DNA of 37,407 nucleotides from Actinomycetota bacterium (lineage in GTDB: Bacteria > Actinomycetota > Actinomycetes > Actinomycetales > Microbacteriaceae). The translations under genes were made by a program, and so were the position numbers. The notes beneath the pieces were generated by a model that saw nothing but the letters and a program-made list of their open reading frames with translations, was not told the DNA's origin and ran no database searches. The stretch's first letter is position 1. Every line of letters starts with the position of its first letter. The stretch lies in contig JBEDBW010000001.1 of NCBI GenBank assembly GCA_041177045.1, forward strand, positions 1 to 37,407, in the 5' to 3' direction. Positions 29,889 to 37,407 of this stretch are shown piece by piece.

Positions 29889-31469
29889 ATGCGCTGGTTT
29901 GCCCTAATCCCTGGACTACTGCTTGGTGTAGTCATGGCATTGGTAACTGGCATGTGGCAGTTTGCTCTATTTACTTTCGTGAGCGTTTTATCTGCTGGAT
30001 TGACCATGGCTTTGATGCGTAAGAAGCGCAAAGAGCCAGATGTGGACTTCAGCGATCAGCCTCTCTGGGTTACCCCTAATGCTTTGGCAATCGGTGACAA
30101 AGTACTTCCTAAATCAGGCTGGCTATTCAAAGACCAATACAGCGATATCTTCTTTGAACACTTCAGCAAACTTGCTGCAGAACGAGAAGTTCGTAATCGA
30201 ACTCAGGAGCTAGAGGCTTCTTTCTACAGGTCCAATCGTGTTGGTCAACTGCCTTTCTGGGCGGGTGTTGCAGAAGGTAACAACCTTGAGTTCGACTTAG
30301 TCAAAGATGGACCCCATGCTCTCATTGTTGGCTCAACAGGCTCAGGTAAAAGTGAGTTCATGAAACTCATTACCTCTTCAATGTTGGTTGGTGTTCGCAA
30401 GGGTCAGCTCCAGTTAGTGTTAGCGGACTTCAAAGGCGGAGCTGCACTTAGAGGGCTAAACGACCATCCTGCTTCGCTTACATTAGTGACCGACCTAGAT
30501 GAAGGCAGGCATGAGCGGTTCTGGCTATATCTTTCAGGAGAACTGAAGAGGCGTGAAAGGCTTCTGGCTCAAGCAGGAGTGTCTTCTATAGATGCGTATC
30601 CTGATTTAGCAAGAATGATTGTCCTTGCAGATGAACTGCCAGCCATAATCACTTCACACCCTTTAGCTATTGGGACTCTGGATGCCATCGCAGCTAGAGG
30701 CAGGTCACTTGGCGTTCATTTGATTGCCACTAGCCAATCGCTTTCTGGAATTCCAAGGGCACTTATAACTAACTTGAGTATGAGATTTGCTTTGGGTGCG
30801 ATGGATCCAGGTGATCTAATTTCTCTACTACCAGGAGTAAGAGCTGGAGTCTCTAACTCATCAAGAGCTATTGCAATTTGGGGGAGCAGCACGATGAGCT
30901 TTGACTTTCCAATCTCTAAATCAATCCCCAATTTAGGCGAATCAAAGTTGTTTCCCGATCTTGTGGATGGTTGGACAAATGGACTTCCTCTGAAAATCAT
31001 TTCTAAAGACGCCCTGTTGGGAGTGTTTGATATTCCTATTCAACAGCGCTTTGAAAACTTTAGTTTCGCTGAGTTGAATGGAACTTCACTTTTGGTAGTT
31101 GGAGCAAACGGCTCGGGAAAGAGTGCTTTTTGTGAATCTGCACGCACTAATTCCGACGCAGTTGTTTTGGATTGTCCAACTATTCAAGAGCTTGAAGAAG
31201 CTTTTCAAAGTGGGAGGCAGATTATTTGCGCAATGTCGAGTTCATTCCTTATGCCGCTCTCGCTTCAACGCAGATTTGAAAATCTCATCTATTTGAGACA
31301 AGGAAACCTAGATCAACACCTTGCAGCAGGTTTACCTAAGAATCAATGGAATGAAAAGCTTCCTGCGGGCAGGGGATGGTTCAAGAATCTTTCGATTCAG
31401 TTGGCTATGCCAGAACCTTCGCTGAATCAACAAATGCAAGTCCGTGAGCCTCAGCTACAGGCTGGCTAA
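29889..31469 (+). CDS. Membrane-anchored FtsK/SpoIIIE-domain ATPase (EccC/EssC-like, shortened)
   Basis: Two N-terminal TM segments; DLVKDGPHALIVGSTGSGKSE (Walker A), DFKGG, LADE (Walker B), GRSLGVHLI..SQ; second Walker A GANGSGKS in a reduced domain. Confidence 0.85.
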   Translation: MRWFALIPGLLLGVVMALVTGMWQFALFTFVSVLSAGLTMALMRKKRKEPDVDFSDQPLWVTPNALAIGDKVLPKSGWLFKDQYSDIFFEHFSKLAAEREVRNRTQELEASFYRSNRVGQLPFWAGVAEGNNLEFDLVKDGPHALIVGSTGSGKSEFMKLITSSMLVGVRKGQLQLVLADFKGGAALRGLNDHPASLTLVTDLDEGRHERFWLYLSGELKRRERLLAQAGVSSIDAYPDLARMIVLADELPAIITSHPLAIGTLDAIAARGRSLGVHLIATSQSLSGIPRALITNLSMRFALGAMDPGDLISLLPGVRAGVSNSSRAIAIWGSSTMSFDFPISKSIPNLGESKLFPDLVDGWTNGLPLKIISKDALLGVFDIPIQQRFENFSFAELNGTSLLVVGANGSGKSAFCESARTNSDAVVLDCPTIQELEEAFQSGRQIICAMSSSFLMPLSLQRRFENLIYLRQGNLDQHLAAGLPKNQWNEKLPAGRGWFKNLSIQLAMPEPSLNQQMQVREPQLQAG

Positions 31470-32520
31470 CTAGAGCTCCATCATGAGTGCTTAGACCGAG
31501 TGCTAGAGCGTTATCCTGCTTGCACGCTTCTAACCAGCCCTTGTTAGCAATAGCTTTCGCATAGCTCAAGGTTGCGTTAGTTAGAGCATAGGTTGAAGTG
31601 TGAGCAACAGCACCAGGCATGTTAGCTACACAGTAGAAAACTGATTGGTGAACTTTGAATGTAGGTTCAGCGTGAGTAGTTGGTCTGGAATCTTCAAAAC
31701 ATCCACCCTGGTCAATAGCAATATCAACTAGAACAGATCCTGGCTTCATCTTCTTTACAAGTGCATTGGTTACAAGCTTTGGAGCTTTTGCTCCAGGAAT
31801 CAACACAGAACCAATTACCAAATCTGCTTGAGTTACTGCTCGTTCAATTTCGAAGCTGTTGCTTGCAAGAGTGTTTAAGCGTCCTGCATAAAGGGCATCA
31901 AGCTCTCTAAGGCGATTGATGTTTGTATCTAGAACTGTAACTTCAGCGCCTAGGCCTACAGCCATGGCAATCGCATTAGTTCCAGCAACACCGCCACCAA
32001 GAACAACTACCTTGGCAGATCTAGTTCCAGGCACACCACCTAGAAGAATTCCATGTCCACCGTTTTGAGCAAATAGAGTTTGGGCTCCGACTAGTGCAGA
32101 AAGACGTCCAGCAACCTCGCTCATAGGAGCAAGAAGAGGTAGCTGTCTGTTTTGAGTCTGGACAGTCTCGTAGGCAATGGAGGTTACCTTTTTGGCAACC
32201 AGCTCTTTGGTCAGTTCTAGATCTGCTGCTAGGTGAAGGTAGGTAAATAGGACGAGACCAGGACGAAGGTAGCCATATTCGCTAGCAATAGGTTCCTTCA
32301 CCTTGAGAATCATGTCTCCGGTGTTCCAAGTGGTGGCGGCATCAGGGAGGATCTGTGCTCCGGCTGCTGAATAGTCTTCATCTGAGATGCTTGAGCCTTC
32401 GCCGGCACCTTTTTGAATGTAAACCTCGTGGCCTGATGCTACGAGTTCGTGGACTCCCGCTGGGGTTATTGCTACGCGGAATTCGTTGTTCTTGATCTCT
32501 GCAGGGACAGCGATCTTCAT
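31405..32520 (-). CDS. ald: Alanine dehydrogenase
   Basis: [46 protein letters not shown] and [10 protein letters not shown]; AGGAG SD. Confidence 0.96.
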   Translation of the reverse strand: MKIAVPAEIKNNEFRVAITPAGVHELVASGHEVYIQKGAGEGSSISDEDYSAAGAQILPDAATTWNTGDMILKVKEPIASEYGYLRPGLVLFTYLHLAADLELTKELVAKKVTSIAYETVQTQNRQLPLLAPMSEVAGRLSALVGAQTLFAQNGGHGILLGGVPGTRSAKVVVLGGGVAGTNAIAMAVGLGAEVTVLDTNINRLRELDALYAGRLNTLASNSFEIERAVTQADLVIGSVLIPGAKAPKLVTNALVKKMKPGSVLVDIAIDQGGCFEDSRPTTHAEPTFKVHQSVFYCVANMPGAVAHTSTYALTNATLSYAKAIANKGWLEACKQDNALALGLSTHDGALVSQPVAEAHGLAFVDSAKVLA

Positions 32521-32758
32521 GATTCTCCTCTGGGTGGGAGCTACCTTGCTCCAACCAAAATCAAGAATACCCCAATTCTTTAGCCTTTGTTTGAGCCCAA
32601 TTGGGTAGGAAAGGGGCTGTAAATGAGTTTCACGGATTTGCCCTTTTTGCCCTCAAATCTTGTGGGGTATGGCATTATTTTAAGCAATGCGTTCTTTCGC
32701 GCAGTCGGTGCCCAATCTCGGCCGTCTGACGGCCCTTGTATATAAGGAGCAAAAGGTT

Positions 32759-33991
32759 ATGAACCAAAACCTTCCAGAAGATCCACAACTACGCGAAATG
32801 GTTAAAGCAGCTTTAGCCCATAAAGTCACACGTCGAGCAGTTCTAGGTGGTGCAGTTGCAACTTCAGCAGCAGCTCTACTTGCAGCTTGTGCTCCATCAG
32901 ACAAGCCAAAGCTAACTCCAGCTACCGATGTCAGTGATTCAGACCCAACTCTTATTTGGAGCAACTGGTCACTTTATGTAGACATCGATGACGATGGAAA
33001 CTACCCAACACTTGAAAAGTTCAAGAGCGAAACTGGAATTACAGTTACCTACCGTGAAGACTTTGATGACAACGACTCTTACTACGGAAAAGTCAAGGAC
33101 CAGCTAGCACTAGGTCAAGACATTGGTGCGGACATTACTTGCCCAACTTCTTGGATGGCTGCTCGTTGGATTAACCAGGGAACAGTTCAGACTTTTGATG
33201 ATGCAAATCTTCCAAACAAGAAGAATCTTCAGCCTGCTTACCTAGGTGAGTCATATGACCCACAGCGAACAATGTCACTTCCTTACCAGGGTATTCTTGC
33301 TGGTTTTGCTTTCGACAAGCAGGCTTACAAGGATGCAACAGGTCAAGAAGCTCCTGCGGTTCTAGCAGATCTATGGAACCCAGCCCTTAAGGGACGCATT
33401 GGTGTTCTAAGTGAAATGCGCGACACCGTCGGAATTGTTCTGATGGACCAGGGCGTAAAGATCGGTGATGCAAGCAGCTTGACTGAAGATGCATTCATGA
33501 CTGCAATTGAAGTTATTGGCCAGAAGGTAACCGAAGGCCAGATTGCTCGTATCAAGGGAAACAGCTACAAGGATGATCTAGTAAACGGAGACACCATCGC
33601 AGCTATCGCTTGGTCAGGTGACATCATTCAGTTGAACGCAGAAGCAGGCTATGACCGCTTTGGTTTCGTTCTTCCTGAATCAGGTGGAACTATCTCAGCT
33701 GACTGTTTCGTAATTCCTATGGGAGCTACTCACAAGAAGAACGCTGAGAAGCTAATGAACTTCTACTACGACCCATACAACGCAGCAGTGTTGGCAGCAT
33801 ACGTGAACTACATCACTCCAGTTCTTGGTGCGAAGGAAGAAGCTATCAAGCTTGATCCAGCTCTTGCTGATAACCAGTTAATCTTCCCAAGCGAAGAGTT
33901 CTTGTCTTTGACTCAGGGCTTCAGAGCTCTTGATGGTAAAGAAGAACAAGCATTCACTAAGGCATTCCAACAAATCAAACTAGGCGCGTAG
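32759..33991 (+). CDS. Polyamine ABC transporter substrate-binding lipoprotein (PotD/PotF-like) with Tat-type signal
   Basis: AAGGAG SD before ATG 32759; TRRAVL twin-arginine motif, LLAAC lipobox, WSNWSLY and AWSGD. Confidence 0.88.
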   Translation: MNQNLPEDPQLREMVKAALAHKVTRRAVLGGAVATSAAALLAACAPSDKPKLTPATDVSDSDPTLIWSNWSLYVDIDDDGNYPTLEKFKSETGITVTYREDFDDNDSYYGKVKDQLALGQDIGADITCPTSWMAARWINQGTVQTFDDANLPNKKNLQPAYLGESYDPQRTMSLPYQGILAGFAFDKQAYKDATGQEAPAVLADLWNPALKGRIGVLSEMRDTVGIVLMDQGVKIGDASSLTEDAFMTAIEVIGQKVTEGQIARIKGNSYKDDLVNGDTIAAIAWSGDIIQLNAEAGYDRFGFVLPESGGTISADCFVIPMGATHKKNAEKLMNFYYDPYNAAVLAAYVNYITPVLGAKEEAIKLDPALADNQLIFPSEEFLSLTQGFRALDGKEEQAFTKAFQQIKLGA

Positions 33992-35115
33992 TGGCAAAGG
34001 AGTTTATTGCCCGCGGAGCTGACTTAGAGCTTAAGAAGATTCGCAAAGAGTTCCCTGGTTTCACTGCAATTGAAGAGCTTGACCTACACGTCCCAGCAGG
34101 GGAGTTCTTCGCCCTGCTTGGCCCTTCAGGTTGCGGTAAAACTACAACTCTTAGATTGGTTGCTGGCCTAGAGACTCCAACATCCGGAAACATCTTTATC
34201 GGTGGCGAGGATGTAACAGAGACTAAGCCTCACGAGCGTCCAGTCAACACCGTGTTTCAGTCCTATGCTCTTTTCCCACACATGAATGTGTTGGAGAACG
34301 TTGCATTCGGTTTGCGTCAGAGAAAGATTGACGAGCCGCTAGTAAAAGCTAAAGAAGCACTGAACCTGGTGCAGTTAGCTCACCTAGCAGATCGTAAGCC
34401 ACAGCAACTATCTGGTGGACAGCAGCAACGTGTTGCTCTAGCTAGAGCTTTGGTAAACAGACCTTCACTTCTTCTATTGGATGAGCCTCTTGGTGCACTT
34501 GATCTGAAACTGCGTCGCGAGATGCAGATTGAGCTCAAAGCTATCCAGATTGAAGTTGGTCTTACGTTCTTGCACGTAACTCACGACCAAGAAGAAGCTA
34601 TGGACATGGCAGACACTGTTGCTGTTATGAACAAGGGTCGCATTGAACAGATGGGTGCTCCAGAAGCTCTTTATGACAGACCAAAGACTGTATTCGTATC
34701 TAAGTTCCTTGGTCAATCAAACCTTTTGGTTGGTGAAGTCGAATCAAGTTCAGCTAACTCAGTCAGCATTGAGGTTGCAGGAAACAAGATTTCTGTTCCA
34801 AAGGCTAGAGCTGAAAAGCACAAAGGCAAGATCGCAATTGGATTTAGACCTGAGAAGGCTACCTTCACTTCTAAGAAGCCAACTGCTAGCTCCTCAACTA
34901 ACATCATCGGTCCTGGTGAAATTATTGACATCAGATTTACCGGTGTTAGCAACCAGTACTTGATTCAAGTTCCAGGTCTTGGAAACCTAACTGTGTTTGC
35001 TCAAAACGTCGGTAAGTCACCTGTTACTGAACTTGGTGAAAAAGTATGGATTTCTTGGTCAGTCGAGCATTCATTTGGATTGTCTGATCTACCTGACACA
35101 GGCAAAGTGGTCTAG
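33991..35115 (+). CDS. potA: Polyamine ABC transporter ATP-binding protein
   Basis: GPSGCGKT, VNTVFQSYALFPH, LSGGQQQR, LLDEPLGALD and VTHDQEEA; C-terminal TOBE-like region. Confidence 0.9.
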   Translation: MAKEFIARGADLELKKIRKEFPGFTAIEELDLHVPAGEFFALLGPSGCGKTTTLRLVAGLETPTSGNIFIGGEDVTETKPHERPVNTVFQSYALFPHMNVLENVAFGLRQRKIDEPLVKAKEALNLVQLAHLADRKPQQLSGGQQQRVALARALVNRPSLLLLDEPLGALDLKLRREMQIELKAIQIEVGLTFLHVTHDQEEAMDMADTVAVMNKGRIEQMGAPEALYDRPKTVFVSKFLGQSNLLVGEVESSSANSVSIEVAGNKISVPKARAEKHKGKIAIGFRPEKATFTSKKPTASSSTNIIGPGEIIDIRFTGVSNQYLIQVPGLGNLTVFAQNVGKSPVTELGEKVWISWSVEHSFGLSDLPDTGKVV

Positions 35116-35120
35116 CGAAG

Positions 35121-35996
35121 ATGGCCTTCGCAGCTTTCAGTTCTAGTAAGCCAAAAGGTTTTTCTAAACCTACAAAATCGGGCAAGGTAGCGATCGCGCT
35201 ACTCGCACCCGGGCTTGCTTATCTGGGAGTTTTCTTCCTTACACCTCTTATTGCTCTGATTATGGTTTCTCTGCAGGCACCAGATCCAGACGGCTTCATT
35301 GGAGATTATGTAGCAGCGTTTGAAATCAACAACTACTTTGTAGTTATCTCAGATTATTTCCCACAAATGATGCGCTCTTTCCTCTACGCATTAGCAGCAA
35401 CGCTTCTGGCTTTGGTTATTTCATATCCGCTTGCTTATTTCATTGGTGTGAAGGCTCGTCCTTACCCATTGCTACAGAAGCTAATGCTTACTTTGGTTAT
35501 TGCACCATTCTTTATTTCGTTCTTACTTAGAACACTTGCTTGGAAGCAGATTTTCTCAAACGAGTCATGGGTTGTGACAACCCTTCAGCAGCTTGGGCTT
35601 CTTGAGTCAGATCAGTATGTTGTTGGAACTCCATTCATGACTCTTCCTCTCTATACATCTCTAGAGAGACTTGACACTCGCTATCTAGAAGCTGGTTCCG
35701 ATCTATACGCATCTCCTTCAAGAGTGTTTAGAAAAGTAACTATTCCTCTTTCAATGCCTGGAATCATCTCAGGAACATTACTTACCTTTATTCCAATTGC
35801 CGGTGACTACGTCACCGCCAGCAGATCTTTTCTTGGAAGCCCGAATACGGCCATGCTCGGCAACGTGATTGAGTCCAATTTCTTAAGAATCCAGGACTAC
35901 CCAAGCGCATCAGCTCTGTCCGTGATGCTGATGGCTGCCATCGTTGTTTTGGTGTCGATCTATGTTCGCCGCACTGGAACGGAGGACCTACTGTGA
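35121..35996 (+). CDS. potB: Polyamine ABC transporter permease (PotB-like), apparently lacking one TM helix
   Basis: ISYPLAY, PFFISFLLRTLAW, EAA-loop variant LEAGSDLYAS and PLSMPG. Confidence 0.85.
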   Translation: MAFAAFSSSKPKGFSKPTKSGKVAIALLAPGLAYLGVFFLTPLIALIMVSLQAPDPDGFIGDYVAAFEINNYFVVISDYFPQMMRSFLYALAATLLALVISYPLAYFIGVKARPYPLLQKLMLTLVIAPFFISFLLRTLAWKQIFSNESWVVTTLQQLGLLESDQYVVGTPFMTLPLYTSLERLDTRYLEAGSDLYASPSRVFRKVTIPLSMPGIISGTLLTFIPIAGDYVTASRSFLGSPNTAMLGNVIESNFLRIQDYPSASALSVMLMAAIVVLVSIYVRRTGTEDLL

Positions 35997-36796
35997 GTAA
36001 ATTCAGCCTCGGCAAGTACCTTCTTCCTACCTACACAATCCTGGCCTTTGTTTTCTTGATGATTCCAATTGCCTATACCTTCGTGTTCTCTTTCAATGAC
36101 CCATTCAAGAACACCACCGGTTGGCAGGGCTTCACTTTCGATAACTGGACTGGCGTTTGCAACAACATCGACGTCTGCTTGGCTTTTGGAAACTCGATCC
36201 TGATTGCAACAATTGCCACAATTGTTTCCACGATTCTTGGAACCATGTTGGCAATCGCAGTCACACGCTATGAATTCAAGTTTCGCTCCACTACAAACTT
36301 GCTTCTTTTCTTGCCACTGGCCACCCCAGAGATTGTTATGGGCGCAGGTCTTGCGGCACAGTTTTTGAACGTTGGTATCCCTAAGGGAATCGGAACAGTT
36401 ATTGTTGCCCACATTCTGTTCACCCTGAGCTTTGTGGTTGTGACCGTGAAGGCAAGAATTGCGACGCTAGATCCAAAGCTTGAAGAAGCGGGTCGCGATC
36501 TTTACGCACCACCCGTTCAAGTTTTTGCCAAGATCACTTTTCCTCTGCTGCTTCCAGGAATAATGGCCGCGGCACTTCTAGCTTTTGCATTGAGCTTCGA
36601 TGACTACATCATCACGGCCTTCAACTCCGGTACCGAAGTGACCTTCCCTAAGTACGTCTTTGCTGCTGCGGTTCGTGGAATTCCGCCGGAAGCAAACGTT
36701 ATTGGTTCGGCTGTGTTTATCTTCGCCATTGCGTTGGTGTTAGTGTTCCAGATCGGTGGAGCAATGCGAGCCAAAGCTTTAGCCAAAAAGAACTAG
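35993..36796 (+). CDS. potC: Polyamine ABC transporter permease (PotC-like)
   Basis: FSFND, PEIVMG, LEEAGRDLYA (EAA loop) and FALSFDDYII. Confidence 0.88.
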   Translation: MSKFSLGKYLLPTYTILAFVFLMIPIAYTFVFSFNDPFKNTTGWQGFTFDNWTGVCNNIDVCLAFGNSILIATIATIVSTILGTMLAIAVTRYEFKFRSTTNLLLFLPLATPEIVMGAGLAAQFLNVGIPKGIGTVIVAHILFTLSFVVVTVKARIATLDPKLEEAGRDLYAPPVQVFAKITFPLLLPGIMAAALLAFALSFDDYIITAFNSGTEVTFPKYVFAAAVRGIPPEANVIGSAVFIFAIALVLVFQIGGAMRAKALAKKN

Positions 36797-37407
36797 GCGA
36801 ATAGCGCCTTAGCTGCATCCCTGAAGTGCTCGGTGTGACGCTTTACGTCCTCAAGTGTTGTGGCCGGCGAAATCAACGCCATGTTGTGAAATGGTGTCAT
36901 CAAAATGCCGCGGTTTAGCGCATGTAGGTGAAGGTACTGCTGCAGTTCGAAATCGTCAGCATCGGCAGCTTCTTTTCCAGTTCTTGGAGCTGTTGCCCTA
37001 AAGCTGTACTCAGCTCGGCAGCCCAGCTGGGAAACCTGCCAAGGAATCTGATACTCATCGATTATTGCTTGAACATCCTTGGTCCAAACAGAGCAAAGCT
37101 GTTCCATTCGAGCAAAGGCTTCCTCGGTTAGCACTTCAGTCAATGTGGCACGAACCGCGGCCATCGACAAAGCGTTTCCTGCCAAGGTTCCACCGACGCC
37201 ACCGACATCGATGTGCTCAAGGTGCAACGATCCGGAAATTCTTTCCGACAGCTCCTTTGTCATACCAAAAGCCCCTGCTGGAATACCAGCCCCAATGGTT
37301 TTTCCTAGAACCACGGCATCGGGTCTTACATTGCGCCTTCTAGTCATACCTCCAACGCCTTCAGAAAGAGTGTGGGTTTCATCGTGAATCAAGATCACGC
37401 CGTACTT
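36793..37407 (-). CDS. Class-III transaminase (GSA-aminomutase-like subfamily); 5' end outside window
   Basis: Frame is open to the window edge (KYGVILIHDETH); LGKTIGAG PLP lysine, GGTLAGN and TPFHNMAL. Confidence 0.85.
   Translation of the reverse strand, partial: KYGVILIHDETHTLSEGVGGMTRRRNVRPDAVVLGKTIGAGIPAGAFGMTKELSERISGSLHLEHIDVGGVGGTLAGNALSMAAVRATLTEVLTEEAFARMEQLCSVWTKDVQAIIDEYQIPWQVSQLGCRAEYSFRATAPRTGKEAADADDFELQQYLHLHALNRGILMTPFHNMALISPATTLEDVKRHTEHFRDAAKALFA

Noticed and set aside
29889-31469. Complete type VII secretion, conjugative (AICE) or HerA/FtsK defence system
   Set aside because: No WXG100, Rep/integrase, nuclease or SIR2 partner nearby; kept only as an orphan ATPase finding.
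32687-32758. Longer PotD start in the ORF track
   Set aside because: The AAGGAG SD supports ATG 32759; the upstream part looks like a structured 5' UTR. A leaderless start at 32687 is not fully excluded.

Overview
37.4-kb, tightly packed, moderate-GC segment of an actinobacterial chromosome. Gene order and protein style suggest a streamlined Microbacteriaceae (Luna-cluster/Aquiluna-like); that placement is inference. Positions 1-21.3 kb are conserved core: rph (partial), rdgB, dedA, tRNA-Arg(CCG), argS-lysA-hom-thrC-thrB-rho-prfA-prmC-tsaC-wecA-like-atpI-like, and atpBEFHAGDC. Positions 21.3-26 kb hold an ECF sigma/putative anti-sigma pair, a small membrane protein, a PduO-type adenosyltransferase, yaaA, tag and ogt. 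Positions 26-37.4 kb form a polyamine uptake/catabolism cluster: class-III aminotransferase, Lrp regulator, aminobutyraldehyde dehydrogenase, alanine dehydrogenase, potDABC-like ABC transporter and a second transaminase, interrupted by an orphan, shortened FtsK/EccC-like ATPase. I saw no mobile element, CRISPR array, rRNA or clear defence system, and cannot claim a definite new system. The best leads are: (1) a helically phased (31-bp) Lrp-type operator array; (2) two related terminators containing DnaA-box-like sequences that bracket the polyamine catabolic block; (3) a dedA start codon 1 nt after the tRNA 3' end; (4) a symmetric bidirectional leaderless promoter; (5) a structured, C-rich rho leader; (6) a probable CTG start for atpB; (7) an apparent in-frame loss of a TM helix in potB next to a GC/codon shift; (8) the orphan FtsK-like ATPase and the ECF/anti-sigma islet.
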